A DNA stretch of 59,250 bases, filler included, from Basidiobolus ranarum (taxonomy: Eukaryota), in assembly GCA_040143965.1 (NCBI GenBank). It is 11 parts of 11 records of this genome, joined end to end, with 100 filler letters (N's around TTAATTAATTAA, not from the genome) between each part and the next. Parts side by side here need not be neighbours in the genome. Positions count along the whole stretch, not along the records: positions 10,809 to 16,109 come from JASJQH010001639.1; positions 16,210 to 21,508 come from JASJQH010001640.1; positions 21,609 to 26,904 come from JASJQH010001641.1; 8 more parts are not named here. One strand, written 5' to 3'. Positions 12,170 through 24,343 of the stretch are shown one piece after another; the first letter of the stretch is position 1, and each line of letters begins with the position of its first letter. A program made the position numbers and the translations under genes. A model generated the notes under the pieces. It saw nothing but the letters and a program-made list of their open reading frames with translations. It was not told the origin of the DNA and searched no databases.

Positions 12170-13246
12170 TTATAGTAGAGCGAGAGCTACAAAGATGATG
12201 GCACTATAAACCAGAGTCGGAGCAACAATGGAAGCTGTCGATTGGTCTTGGGCAGTGGTAAAGGCATCCTCGGAAGCATTATTGTCAGATAAAGAAGTAT
12301 ATTTTGGAACACATTTGGCATCAATAGAAGGAACCTGATGACCAGGGTGTTCACTTTCATCCTTGTACCATTGTTTATCACCGAGACACTCAGGAACAGT
12401 AACGATCTTGAAGCACGCGTCTTCCACCATTTTAATTAGATCTGGAGCTGCTATGATTGACGCGTTATGAATATCATGATGCAATGACAAGATCTGATGC
12501 TTCTTAGGATCCATATTGTTCAAACCCTCGGCGTACACTTCTTTGACCTTTTGTGCATCATTGTGGCGCCAGTCGTTAGTATCCATGTTCCAGAAAACCA
12601 CCTGATATCCTAACTTGGCCATTAGCTTCAGCTGTTCTGGACTACTGGAGCCGGTAGGGGGACGTAGGTAACGGGTGCGCTTTCCTATTATTTTATAGAT
12701 AGCCTCTTCATTCTTGGCCATATCTTCACGGACCATACTTTCAGGAAAAGCTCCAAGAGAAGTATCAATGTGACCATAAGTATGAGAAGCGATATGATGA
12801 CCTTCATCGTAGGCTCTCTTTAAAATGGGCTCCATATTAGGATTTTCCAAAGTGTTTCCAAGAATAAAGAATGTTACATGAAGCCCTTTGGCTTTGAGTA
12901 TATCTAGCAGCTGGGAAGTCAATGGATTTACCCCATCATCAAATGTCATCGCCACTGTACCGGGGATATTGCATTGATGAATGTAGGTGCCAACCGATGG
13001 AACAGGTTCATTACTTGCCTCGGGATGTCCATCACATTGAAAGCCGCAATTCACTTTACAAAACTCCTCTGATTGTCCACAAAATCCATGCTCTGAACAG
13101 CAGAAACCAACTGGACATTGGACCATAGGATTTCCTGGGCTGCATCCAAGTTTTGAAGGGTCAGCTGCGCCTATCACTCCACCAATGGCAGATAGAACGG
13201 CAATTACAGAAAGGGTATAAATAGAAAAGGAAGACTTGGGAAGCAT
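12170..13246 (-). CDS. Chitin/polysaccharide deacetylase (CE4, NodB domain) with an N-terminal CBM18 hevein module, signal peptide and probable GPI anchor
   Basis: CCSEHGFCG hevein motif. CE4 motifs TFDDG, HTYGH, RPPTG, DTNDW, LHHD. Hydrophobic N- and C-termini. Intronless, 358 aa. Confidence 0.93.
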   Translation of the reverse strand: MLPKSSFSIYTLSVIAVLSAIGGVIGAADPSKLGCSPGNPMVQCPVGFCCSEHGFCGQSEEFCKVNCGFQCDGHPEASNEPVPSVGTYIHQCNIPGTVAMTFDDGVNPLTSQLLDILKAKGLHVTFFILGNTLENPNMEPILKRAYDEGHHIASHTYGHIDTSLGAFPESMVREDMAKNEEAIYKIIGKRTRYLRPPTGSSSPEQLKLMAKLGYQVVFWNMDTNDWRHNDAQKVKEVYAEGLNNMDPKKHQILSLHHDIHNASIIAAPDLIKMVEDACFKIVTVPECLGDKQWYKDESEHPGHQVPSIDAKCVPKYTSLSDNNASEDAFTTAQDQSTASIVAPTLVYSAIIFVALALL

Positions 13247-14135
13247 TGAATAACTATGAAAGTTGAGGGAGGTCGGGTATTACACAGAAAAGATCAAGAT
13301 AGCAACCTTTATTTATTGAGAACCATTGAGAACCATTGAAATCTAAATTAGAACTTTTCGGGTCAAGTTAAAATAATTTGACTAAATTGGAGTGTTCCTA
13401 ACCCTAAGTACACTCTATCCCTAACCTAAATCTCCATCACCAGTCTAGATCATTAAATTGAGATCTTCCAAAAATAGCTTGGAGAGTGAGAGAGTTCCGA
13501 ATGAACTTGAAAGTCCTTACAAAACGAAAATGTGACACAAAATTAGTTTGATTATAAAATTAGTACTAACTTTCTCAAAATACTACGTCTAATTGGTGTA
13601 AACTCACACCAGATTATGTTTAGAGGCCTGGATACAATGTTTGGGAACATTTAACCAAAGAAGGAGTCAAGAAAATTAGCAAACCGAGTTGTTTTCTTTT
13701 TAGAAGGTTGAAAACGGGAATTGTTCGTAGAAGAAGATCCCTAATGACTCATGTAAGATATAATTATGCCTGTATTACCTCGATTGAACAGCACGAGGGA
13801 GGTTTTATTACTCATGTTGGCGTTTCTCTTCAATGAGAGTAATTATTACTGAAAGGAGCCCATATGTTTACGGAGCAGTTCGGAGTAATCGAGACGTTTA
13901 CTTATACACATTTGGAGTTTACAAGGGTTTAGGTGACATGGAATTAAAATACATCAAAAAAGAAACAAGAGAGCGCACTATTGGTTACTTCTCTTCCAAA
14001 TTCAGTGGAATTGATTCATGACCGTAGCTACTTTGTCCATAAACCGGTGATGCTCACTCGAGGCTGGAATAAGAGAAGACCGTTGGATATCCTACACATC
14101 AACAGTTAGACATAGCTTCATTGAAACAAAGTGTT

Positions 14136-16109
14136 TTATCTACCAACCAGATGATCCTCTATTAGTCTGTCTCCTTCTTGAATATCCAGTAAGTGCAAAT
14201 ATCTTGACCGTGCTTTGGCTCTTGTTCTCCCGCGAGGCGGCCCAGTTTGCTCTAGTTTTGAGATTACCTTCATGTATCCTCGTAAATATGGTACACCTTC
14301 ATTCTTTATGTTAGTGTATATGGTCGGCGCTAAAGCCAAATCCAATGGAACTATCAGATTTAGCGCACTGTAAATGAAAGGTCAATTAGTTATTTCTACA
14401 ACTAAGCACAGACTTCCAAAATTCCTACCGAGAAGTAGAGTATTCATTAGTGTCAGGTGTTTCAAACACCAAATGTCTTAAAATTCGATCAGTCGAAAAC
14501 TGATCCAGCTCTATCTTATCCTTCGTTTTGGCTAGAACTCTAAGTCGACTCAATACCTCATGGCACCTACGAATTTCATCGTCGGTGGTCAAGTGATCCC
14601 AAGCAGAAGGTGCTTTATATATTATAGGGTTCCCTTGATTATCGTCTTTCGAAGGAGTGTATACGTCTGGCTCTAGTACCTACACAGATTTCCGACATGT
14701 ACATTTAGCCTATAAATTTGCGAGTGAGAATGAGGGTTTGTTTACCTGTAAGCTTCTTGATTCGTTAAGTCCAAGATAAGTGGCTCCAAAAGAGAGGTTC
14801 TCCGAATATTCCCACATTGATTCTAATGCATGTAGCTGCGAGAGATTCTCTTCAAAATTAGCTAACCCACTCGATCTGGAGATACTCTCTGCAGAATTAA
14901 TTAATCCACTCGATTTATTCTCTTCCTGGTCAGTCAAGGGTTGGCTTTCTGTAGAAATGTCATCAGATCTGGCATGTTCAAGCAATGAATCAATTTCTAG
15001 TTTGATCACATTTTGAGACAGCCAATATTGACGCTTTCCGAATTTCGAGATCTTCTCACATTGACCGATCAACTCACTCCAACAGTTGTCGTCAAATGCT
15101 TCATAATTATTAGTCATTCCAAACATTTGATATAGAGATAGATCGCACTGTTGGAATTCAAATACATTGCTAGGAGTTGAAGTAGGAGTCGAAACAAAAT
15201 GACTGGTGTCAATTTTCTGACGTTTCAACGGAACATTTTCGTTTTCGAAATCCCGCTTCTTGGACTCTAGACTGGGCACCTCGCTCAAGGGTTCCGTATT
15301 TACGAGTGATTTGGACCAAAATTGCAAACATTGGAGGGTTTTTCTAACATCACCGTTATTTAGACAGCAAAGTTGATATATTTCCGAGGGATTAGCAAAG
15401 TAGCCTTCTAATAAACATACGAGATTTGAATACAACGCCAGCTCTTCAATGCTAGGCTTGCTGAAATGAAGTGCTGCCTGTAGATTCACTTCCCAGGTTG
15501 GGATTCTACTAAAATCATTACACGTAATTACTACTGGACGCTTTGATTTCTCTACTAGTGTTACAATAGAGCCCCAAAAATTTCGATCTTCCTCGAATAG
15601 TATGTCAGCTTCTTCAATTAATATCAACGATTGTTTCGTATTGGACTGCTTAGTGTTAGGTTCTGTTGGTACTAATATATCGGACTTGGAGTTCCAACCA
15701 CGGCTAGCGACTAAGTGACTCTGGCTCATTTCACCCACGAGATTCAACATGTCTCTTCCGGACCGTTTCATACCGGGGTTTATTTCAAAAACCTCATAAC
15801 CCGCACTCTCTGCGCAGGCATACACGGCACTAGTTTTGCAAGTTCCAATTTCACCACCTAATAAAATAACCTTGGAAGTGATTTTGAAATTGCCTGAACT
15901 CCGTGACTTTAGGGATTTCTTCTTTTTAAGTCTACCGAGGGTTTGGAACTCTTCTGAAGAAGAATATCCTTTTTCTGGGTCAAACTCTTCCTCGTCACTA
16001 GATAAAACACGTCTACCTCTATTTACGTTTTTCCGTGCTGGTTGCGGTTGTTCTTCCTCGAATTTACTTACTACAGGATTCACCTTTAACATATTCAACC
16101 ATTCTAACA
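14136..16109 (-). CDS. ELG1: ELG1/ATAD5-like alternative RFC large subunit, 5'-truncated; introns 14745-14680 and 14428-14368
   Basis: Walker A-like GEIGTCKTSAVYACA, GYEVFEIN..KRSG, Walker B LILIEEADILFEED..FW, SKRPVVITCN, GDVRK. Both introns are GT-AG. Confidence 0.88.
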
Positions 16110-16595
16110 NNNNNNNNNNNNNNNNNNNNNNNNNNNNNNNNNNNNNNNNNNNNTTAATTAATTAANNNNNNNNNNNNNNNNNNNNNNNNNNNNNNNNNNN
16201 NNNNNNNNNTCTTTATTGATAACTGGCATTGATCAGACCTCAGTCTGATCAAGGAATATAAGGGGCTTATATAGATATTGCAGGGTGAAACATAATCTAC
16301 TTAATAGGGAATATAATGTGGCAAGTTCAGGTGTCAGGGTGTTGGGTACTACAAGGACAAATACAATGAGGGATGATGTAAGGATGATGTAAGGATGATC
16401 ATATGACCTTCCATGGAAGGTCTTGGTGGAAATACAGTATGTGTGGGATGACATGATTGGTTAGGTTTTGTGGAATGTTCCAAAAAACATGACTTCCATA
16501 TAAGGTAACCTGGATGAACTAACACAAGATTCCTGAGAAGGGATGGCATAGCAGATATGATGTCATAATCTAATATTAGAAGAGTTCTATTTACA

Positions 16596-17162
16596 GTGGA
16601 TCAGTATGCCAAGATCAAAATCATGACAATTAGTTGTATTCAGATCACCAAAAATCCTGAGCATCACTCAAGAAGGAAACATAGTGACATAAAACATCAT
16701 TTTATACAAGAGAAAATTCACAACAAAGAAGTGAACTTGATTTATTGTAATACTAAAAAAATTCTTGCATATATACTTACAAAAACACTCAAAACTTGAA
16801 GTTTCAAAAAGTTAAGAGCAGGCATAGGCATTAGTAAATATAAGCAAAATGCTGAATAAGTATTAAGGGAAGGTGTTGGATAATTGACTTTTATTCAACA
16901 TCTTAGTTAACTTTAGTTATGATATATATTTCAGAAACAGAAAACAATGTATCAATATCACCTATATTCTAAATAGGAATATCTCTATATCTATATAACA
17001 AGTATGTCTTATTACACAAACTCCTGAATATTTCAAACAATTGATTTACTTCTCTACTATACAAGTCACCATATTCTCCTACAAATAAAGTAACTAAAAA
17101 TGCTATCAAAAGTTGCCTCTAATATACAAAGTCTACCCCCATTATGTCAAGATCCTCCAACA
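16596..17162 (+). mobile_element. 3' end of a copia element (family C): RNase H, PPT and 3' LTR 16874-17162
   Basis: KNPEHHSRRKHSDIKHHFIQE RNase H motif. Purine tract AAGGGAAGG. LTR with 7-bp inverted termini TGTTGGA...TCCAACA. Confidence 0.85.
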
Positions 17163-17811
17163 CTGAGAAAACTCTGAACAGATTTACACTATTCTCAAAA
17201 TTTGCCAACTCCAATATTTTAAGATAATCAAAGTTGTGTCAAATTAGCTAGTAATTCCACATTCCATACTAAAAGCAAATATGAAGATATTAGACATCTT
17301 TTTATTAAAGGGATTATAGAGGATAAGCATATTGCCTTAACTTATTATTCCACTGAACACATGATTGCTAATATATTAACCAAACTATTTGCTAGGAAGA
17401 AATTTGGGAAATTTAGACCTTCCTTAGGATTAGTTTATGTGACTATATAGTTGAGGGAGAGTGCTGAAATTAGCATTTTCTCAATACCTATACAGTGATA
17501 TATTGCTTAGTACTTAGTTATCCTATATTTCATTAAGATATCACCCATTAATCTCAATTGGGATTTGTTTAGAATATTTGTACCAACTTAGAAGTTCTCA
17601 GACATATAGATTATTTCAAACCTATTCTAGAAGCCCCATACTTTGCACACATATTCCTGGGACCTTCCTTAACACATTGTACACATTAGTTTGTTGACAT
17701 CTTGACAGAACTATAGATGTCAACTTTCTACTCAATAGATTAATAAGCTGAAACCACCAGTTTCTCTAATTATCCAAACCACCTCCAACAGGCTCCCAAA
17801 ATACTTTAACA
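17163..17811 (+). mobile_element. 3' end of a copia element (family B): RNase H, PPT and 3' LTR 17462-17811
   Basis: RNase H remnant (DNQSC...FHTKSKYEDIRH...HMIANILTK). PPT GAGGGAGAG. The LTR is homologous to the solo LTR at 44272-44598. Confidence 0.85.
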
Positions 17812-18437
17812 TTGAGCAGCATATAAATATCTATATTACAAGCTGCCCGATACTTCATTGTAGCAGTAGAAGAACTCTTTTTGGTTTAAATTGGAGCAAA
17901 ATAGCCTGGAGGTGAGGATCTAAGATTCAGTGATGCCAGGAATAAGATATCCCACATTTGTGCACGATGTTGTGACATTCTCTATTGATACTAACATTCC
18001 AAAGAAACACAACACAAAAGCTCGGAGCTTTATAGTAGAGTATGGCACGTTGAGCAGTTACAGATGCAGTAACGTAGCTCATTGCTAGAAAAACAGCTTA
18101 AATCATAATTGAATGCTCGTCGGCATAACCAGTTTTAGGGCCCCTCAACGGTGGGTTAATCAAAATTCCGATAATGGACTGATCACACGTATTGATAAAA
18201 CTATTGCCTCAATTGTACTTGACCTAGTTTAGAGTATTTGACTTTCTATGATGGAAAAGTTTCATTATTCCCCATGAGATCGTACAGTCATCAGGCTTAC
18301 TCGTGACGGGATTTTGCTTTATGGCCACATGATTGGTTATGGAGGAGAACACCCTCATTGTTAGCCTGAATATCTTGTTCGATCATACTTCAAATGATAA
18401 TGATATCTCAATCCATAATTAGTCGCCTTAAACCTTG

Positions 18438-19539
18438 ATGTCGAATTTTGCCAACACAGTTAATCCAAAAGATAACGGAGGTTCTGTAATCCAAAATCAC
18501 AAAAGTTCCTTCCGTTTCGTTCCTCTGAATTCTCCCAACCGACGTCAAACACGGAGGAACCACCTTATTTACCCTTCGCCAATAGTTGTTCCGCCACCTT
18601 CGGCACGTTACGCAATGGAGCTAGCTTTTCCGGACACTCCTGGCGAGAATCAACCTTCACCTCACAGACCAACTGGCTTGTCCTCTTTGGTTTCGCCCAA
18701 AACGCCTACTAGGGCAGCTGGCAGGCCTGTACGTCTATTTTCTCTACTGTATTTTGCTTAAGTAGCTACTAAACTCTTGAATCTAGAAGAAAAGCAAAGG
18801 AATTTTCCGTATCATATCAGCACTAGAGGTTTTTTTTCCTGAAGTTGTAGCATGTAGAAACCTTTTGAATCTTAACCCTGGAATTTTGTAGGAAGAGGCA
18901 CACCCTCTTGATAGAGAAATCACGCACGAAAATCAGCTAAACTCGATCACTCAAGAAACGAATGAGAGCGAGATGCAAACTGAAGATAAAGAAACGGTAT
19001 ATTCGATATTTTTCATTTTCTGCGCACTAATTAGCTAACCCTCATTATGATAGGACTTGTATACCAAATACTATAAAGTACCGGATAGCCCTACGTACGT
19101 TCCTTCTAAGCTGAACCCCGAAAACCAAGTATAGCGATATTTTACTTACACTAGGGGTTTCCTCTTTATAAAAATTCACATAATTTTGTAGGCATATTAT
19201 CGCGAAGATAATACACCATCTCCCACTTCCTCCTGCACGTCAAGCTCGGGACTAACTCCCTATAGCCCCGGGTTCTGGAACTCGACTACGTCTCAGCCGA
19301 AGCGAAAGAGTGAGTAGTATTAATTTATCATGGTTGACGTATTAGACATTAATCACTTTTTTCTACAAGTGGTTGAGGAGCGTTTTGAACCATACCCTGT
19401 ACATAAACGCCAGGCCATCTCCCCCGGCATAGGACCTAGCACTCCGCCGAATGCTGCAGCACGAAAACAAATCCGCGGCAACTCTTTGATAAACATCCAA
19501 AATGCAAGCCTCTCTTTTAGTCAAATGAGGCTTTCTTAG
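18438..19539 (+). CDS. Multi-exon S/P-rich hypothetical protein, resembling an uncharacterised fungal family with a KRxAxSP motif
   Basis: ATG 18438 and several GT..AG introns (donors 18729, ~18997, ~19094, 19310). Splicing 19310-19369 gives KRKMVEERFEPYPVHKRQAISPG...SFSQMRLS*. Internal exon boundaries are uncertain. Confidence 0.6.
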
Positions 19540-20766
19540 GATGCTCATGTAAAGATAGGGTACTCTTTGATTTTGTAATATATATATCTTCGTTTCATTG
19601 TAAAAATATTCAATAAAATATACAGTTACCAATCCTTACACCAATATCACAAATGAGCATATATAGCTTGGGAAACAAGTTTAATTTCATTCCTTTCCAT
19701 TGAGGATATCATGATTGCTCCGGTACTACCAAAAACTTATGTATTACATGAGGATCAAGTTTCTCAACCATTCCAAAAATCCAATGGGTTATGTACAATG
19801 ATGAAATGACGGGGGCCCATTACAAGTTTCTGAACTTGTTTTGGCTTCTGAAAGGCCACACTCTCTTTTCAAACCATCCACCATAGTGAGTTTTCATCCG
19901 AGAGCAGCGATCATCCTCCAGCCCAGTGGTTTCTAACAAGGCGATTCGATCATCTTGCCATGTGTCTCTACCACGATTCCCACCGAAGAAACCCGAGAAA
20001 TGGGAAATGGACTTCGCCAACGATTGCTTGCTATACATCTTAGAGAATGGAGGAATACAATTGCCAACAGCAAGATTCTCTTTATATATCTTTGGATGCA
20101 GTTGATTTTCAGCTCCCAGCATCAAGTCCAATCCAGCCCATCCCATCTCATCATCGATACATTTAGAAGAATCTAGTTTCAAAAAGTGGACTAACTTGGA
20201 ATCGAAAATCATTTAACAGAGATGTTTATCATGGATGATGCTTGTAGAACTGATGGCAATATTTGGTTATTGATTAAGAAACTGGTGAATATGCTTGTAG
20301 GCATCTGTTCACCCGAAAGCTGTAAAAGTGTTTCAAGGGTGAGCTTGATAGATGGTTGGCTCAAAGATTCCAAACTTCCGAAGCTAGAATCAGCACCGTA
20401 ACTGATGGTAATGAGATGTCATTTTAAGCGTCAATGAATCATTAACCAAATGACCCCTCATGTTGCAATATTTGTATGAAGCAAGGAAGTGTCAGTACGA
20501 ATTTACACATCAAGTGATTTGACGACAATATCAAATGCAACGGCATGATGTTTACAGGGTTACTGGCTTCACAATTTTCACTAACCAAAAAGAATACTGG
20601 TTGAGACATCATATGAGGCGTAAGAATCATCTTGAAGCTGAGAATGAAAGGTCAAACGTTTTGTTTCCGACAACTATTCTTCTATAACTTAGCCACATTT
20701 GAATTCTACCACTCTGCTCTTATAAGGGGCAAGGGCCCGTGTATGTTGAGAATCCCCCTTTTTAAC

Positions 20767-21345
20767 ATGGTTTTCGTTAAACCTGATCCCAATGGTCATA
20801 TCACTGATGATGCACGACAAGATAGATCCAAACAATCAAGGAAGTGCGCCATCATTGTGATATTCTTGATATTTATATTACTGCTGGCCGCTGTTTCCAG
20901 GGCATTGTGGTGGGCCACTACTAGACGCTATGTTATGAGAACCTCACATGAGCGAGTCAAAGGCTTCGTCCCTCCTACTAATTATCATAATAAAGGGAGG
21001 AAGCCCGAACAGACAAATACCATCATCCTTGTGCCGGTTGACTATAACTCAACCAACCCTACTCTGCCTTTTAAATTAGATGGAACTCTAAATGAGGCTT
21101 CATTTCGTCCACTAGCTACTATTAGCCCACACCAGAAAGTCACTACGATCTTACCTTCACCTAAAATCACAAATAAAAAGGGAGTCAGTGGTCAAGGGCA
21201 GGCGCCTATGGTACATACAAACTCTACTCAAAACATCTCAGTTGAAAAGGTCACTTCTGCAAACAGCACACTTCAACCTACACACACCTCAACTATTCAG
21301 AACAGTGCTAATTCAACACCAATTATCACATTACCAAAGCACTAA
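20767..21345 (+). CDS. Hypothetical type II membrane protein with an S/T-rich, probably glycosylated C-terminus
   Basis: ATG 20767, with a TATA-like TTATAA at ~20720. Basic residues precede a single TM segment (AIIVIFLIFILLLAAV). Multiple N-x-S/T sequons. Confidence 0.6.
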   Translation: MVFVKPDPNGHITDDARQDRSKQSRKCAIIVIFLIFILLLAAVSRALWWATTRRYVMRTSHERVKGFVPPTNYHNKGRKPEQTNTIILVPVDYNSTNPTLPFKLDGTLNEASFRPLATISPHQKVTTILPSPKITNKKGVSGQGQAPMVHTNSTQNISVEKVTSANSTLQPTHTSTIQNSANSTPIITLPKH

Positions 21346-21608
21346 TATCGAAGGTAAATTCATTCTGAATAGGTAGAATATTAGTTACGTTCTTTGAATC
21401 ACTTTCAATGGAGTAACCAAATAAACCATTTCAACTATCATCCTATATCAAAGATACTATCAAGAAGTATGGTAGTCAATTGAAAACTTATCACGAGAAG
21501 TTGTCCAGNNNNNNNNNNNNNNNNNNNNNNNNNNNNNNNNNNNNNNNNNNNNTTAATTAATTAANNNNNNNNNNNNNNNNNNNNNNNNNNNNNNNNNNNN
21601 NNNNNNNN

Positions 21609-22750
21609 ATAGGTGTTTAGGCAATGCTAATTTCAACACTTCCTACTCAATAAATCAATAAGTGAAAACCACCAATTCCTCTAATTCTCCAAACCACTTC
21701 CAACAGGCTCCCAAATACTTTAACTGTCAAAACTCAATCAATCATCAAATATTCCAAGAATCTTGTGGAAAGTTCCAGAAGATTGTAGAATTTTCCAGAA
21801 AATAATAGGGGTAATGTGGGTTAATACCGATAAATCAGAAATAATAGGGGGTAATACTAATGCTGTGATATGATTGGCTAGAAACATGGGTAAGTCAAAT
21901 ATGGATAATAAAATGGAAATTGTGCAATATTAATGATATGAGCTTTGAGTGGAAATAAGTCAACCTGCCAGTGGGTAGCAACGCTGCCCCACTATACTGT
22001 CACATCATCAAAATCCCTGGCAGAATGCAAGCCATTGATATTGTGATGGTTCTCTGATGGTTTTGCTATTTTGGAGGGTGGATCTAATCCAGATCAAATC
22101 AATTTTATTTTTGTTAGAGATTTGTTTAGATTAGTTTTTGAGCTAAATATAGTCTACACCATCTGGTGCTTTTCATCCCTCTATTACACCCTCCCACTCC
22201 ACTTAAAAGTGTCTTACACTCCACTGACTTAACTTTTCTGCTTTGCAATATTCATACCAATGCTCCAGAACTTCACACTTTGATTAAGAAACTACAAAAA
22301 CAGTTTTAGCTTCCTTGTTTTGTTTGAAATAGAGATTTCACCAGTTGGTGACTGTCTCCCCCTAACCTTAAGTTGTTGGATATATAGATTTTTCAAACTT
22401 GTGCTAGGGGCCCCAAACTTTGCACATGTGTTCCTGGGGCCTTCCTTAACACATTCTACATGTTAGTTTGTTTACATCTTGACAAAACTATAAATGTCCA
22501 TTTCTACTCAATAAATCTATAAGTCAAAACCACCAATTCCTCTAATTCTCCAAACCATTTCCAATAGGCTCCCAAATACTTTAACATTTACATCCTCAGA
22601 ACTTGATAACCATGGTCATCAAGTTAAGTATGGCCATGATCCAGTATTGTCACAATATCTTAAAAGATTAATGTCTTGATTGTCACTTTGTTTAGATTAG
22701 TATAGGAGCTAAATAAAGTCCACACAACTTGGTGCTTTTCATCCCCCAAA
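21609..22750. mobile_element. Cluster of TE fragments: family-B LTR pieces (21609-21638 minus; 21639-21724 plus; ~22370-22586 plus) and a putative CACTA-like terminal segment (~21990-22110)
   Basis: Direct matches to LTR 44272-44598. 21995-22105 is the reverse complement of ~29270-29375. A ~58-bp direct repeat lies at ~22122-22179 and ~22688-22746. CpG-poor. Confidence 0.7.
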
Positions 22751-24276
22751 GGACTATATTAGTTAAATGCTGCGCCCCAGACTCTTTGCAAAGGTAGATA
22801 TATTTTCCACCAGCGCCCTTATTCAAGTGTAAAGGAATACAATGCCAGGGTTCAGGGAGCTCGCAACTTGTGCGATCGCATGCCTTTAGACTAATATTGG
22901 TTATATATGCGCTACCATCATCTTGAATTGGCTTAGCGAAAAGAAAAATGTTGCCAAGAGCCAGAATACATAAAACTCAAGAAAGAAAATACGTGTTCTA
23001 ACCGATTTGCACATTCACTATTCAATTAATTTTTTTAAATATCAAAATCTTCGATTACTTACTAGCTAAGTTGTAGACATATATAACCAATACGATAACC
23101 AATGGACTGCACCTGTTTGATCACGAAAGGATTCTATCACTTGTACTACAGAAAGATCATGATACAGCCTGAAGAATATTTCCACGTGCCCTCATGCTGT
23201 TCATGCAAGATATTCTAACGCGATCTACTCGAAAGCAGGAACTCAGCTGTCTAATGATATAGTGATTGAAAAATGTACACTCTAAAATGAATTACACTTT
23301 TAATTAAGAAATAAAGGAAGCAACCAGTTGACAATTGAGATAAGGTCAATCTTAGGTTATCAATTACACAGATTTAATATGCAGATTCAAAACTAACATG
23401 ATGATTAATATTGTATATCATTGCTAGGCACTACTCTTATCTACTCACAAAATTTCCATTGCTCGGACGAAGTAAATTACAAAAGTAACTTCATGACCCA
23501 AGTTAAGTATTATGTGTTTTCGTGATGAAGTTATTGTAGAGATGCAATTGTTATTGTTTCCTAGAAATATATTCAACAACGAGACTGTCAGTGATGATAC
23601 ATTTCTACCGAAGATGAAGTCTTCTTGCTAACTATCTCCTTGATTTAACTTCTGTTATGTATATTTAGATTCATATCTAGATTCCAATCTTAAAGTACAC
23701 ACTGAGGTGCCCAGCTCAAGTCACATTCTTGATGATAATGACAACTTAAATCAAAGCCAATTATATGTGACGTTGTAGGAGATGCATTACACAACAGTCT
23801 TCCGTGTGGAGACAACAGTCGGATGGAGATCGGAATCGTTCAGCCAAGTACCAGCAAGATAATGGTAAAACTATATGTACCACGTCTCTTGGTAATATTG
23901 GTATGTTGCATTTAGGACTACTTTAAAATAGCACTAGCATGGTATCAAATATTTTCTGAACTTCCCGAAGCCAGGTAACATATTGTTCAAAATGTGCAGC
24001 TTTGACCGTGAAGTGAATATGCTTCACCGTAATGGACCAGTGTGTATTTGAATTAATCAAGGATATTTCGTAGTATGAGATAGAAATTAGGGAATTTACC
24101 TCAGAGGAAAAAGAACAATATCAGGTTCATCCCGAGTGGAGATATTTATCATTCTTGTTTCGCACGACGATTAACAAGTTTTTTGTGGCAAAAGAGTGGG
24201 ATATGTATATTCTATAGTTAGTAATTACTCACATTATCCCTTTTAATAGCCAACATTTATATGAGGAAGCTGAAGA

Positions 24277-24284
24277 TTATAAAT
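24277..24284 (+). promoter_or_regulatory. Candidate TATA box of the guanine deaminase gene
   Basis: TTATAAAT about 65 nt upstream of ATG 24344. Confidence 0.4.
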
Positions 24285-24343
24285 AGTGGTAGCCTCGCGG
24301 TGCATTAACATCATAACCCACTTTGCTTACTCTCAGTCCAGAT

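Noticed and set aside
23819-23838. TCGGA repeats upstream of the guanase as a UaY-type site
   Set aside because: They are direct repeats, not the TCGG-N6-CCGA inverted arrangement.
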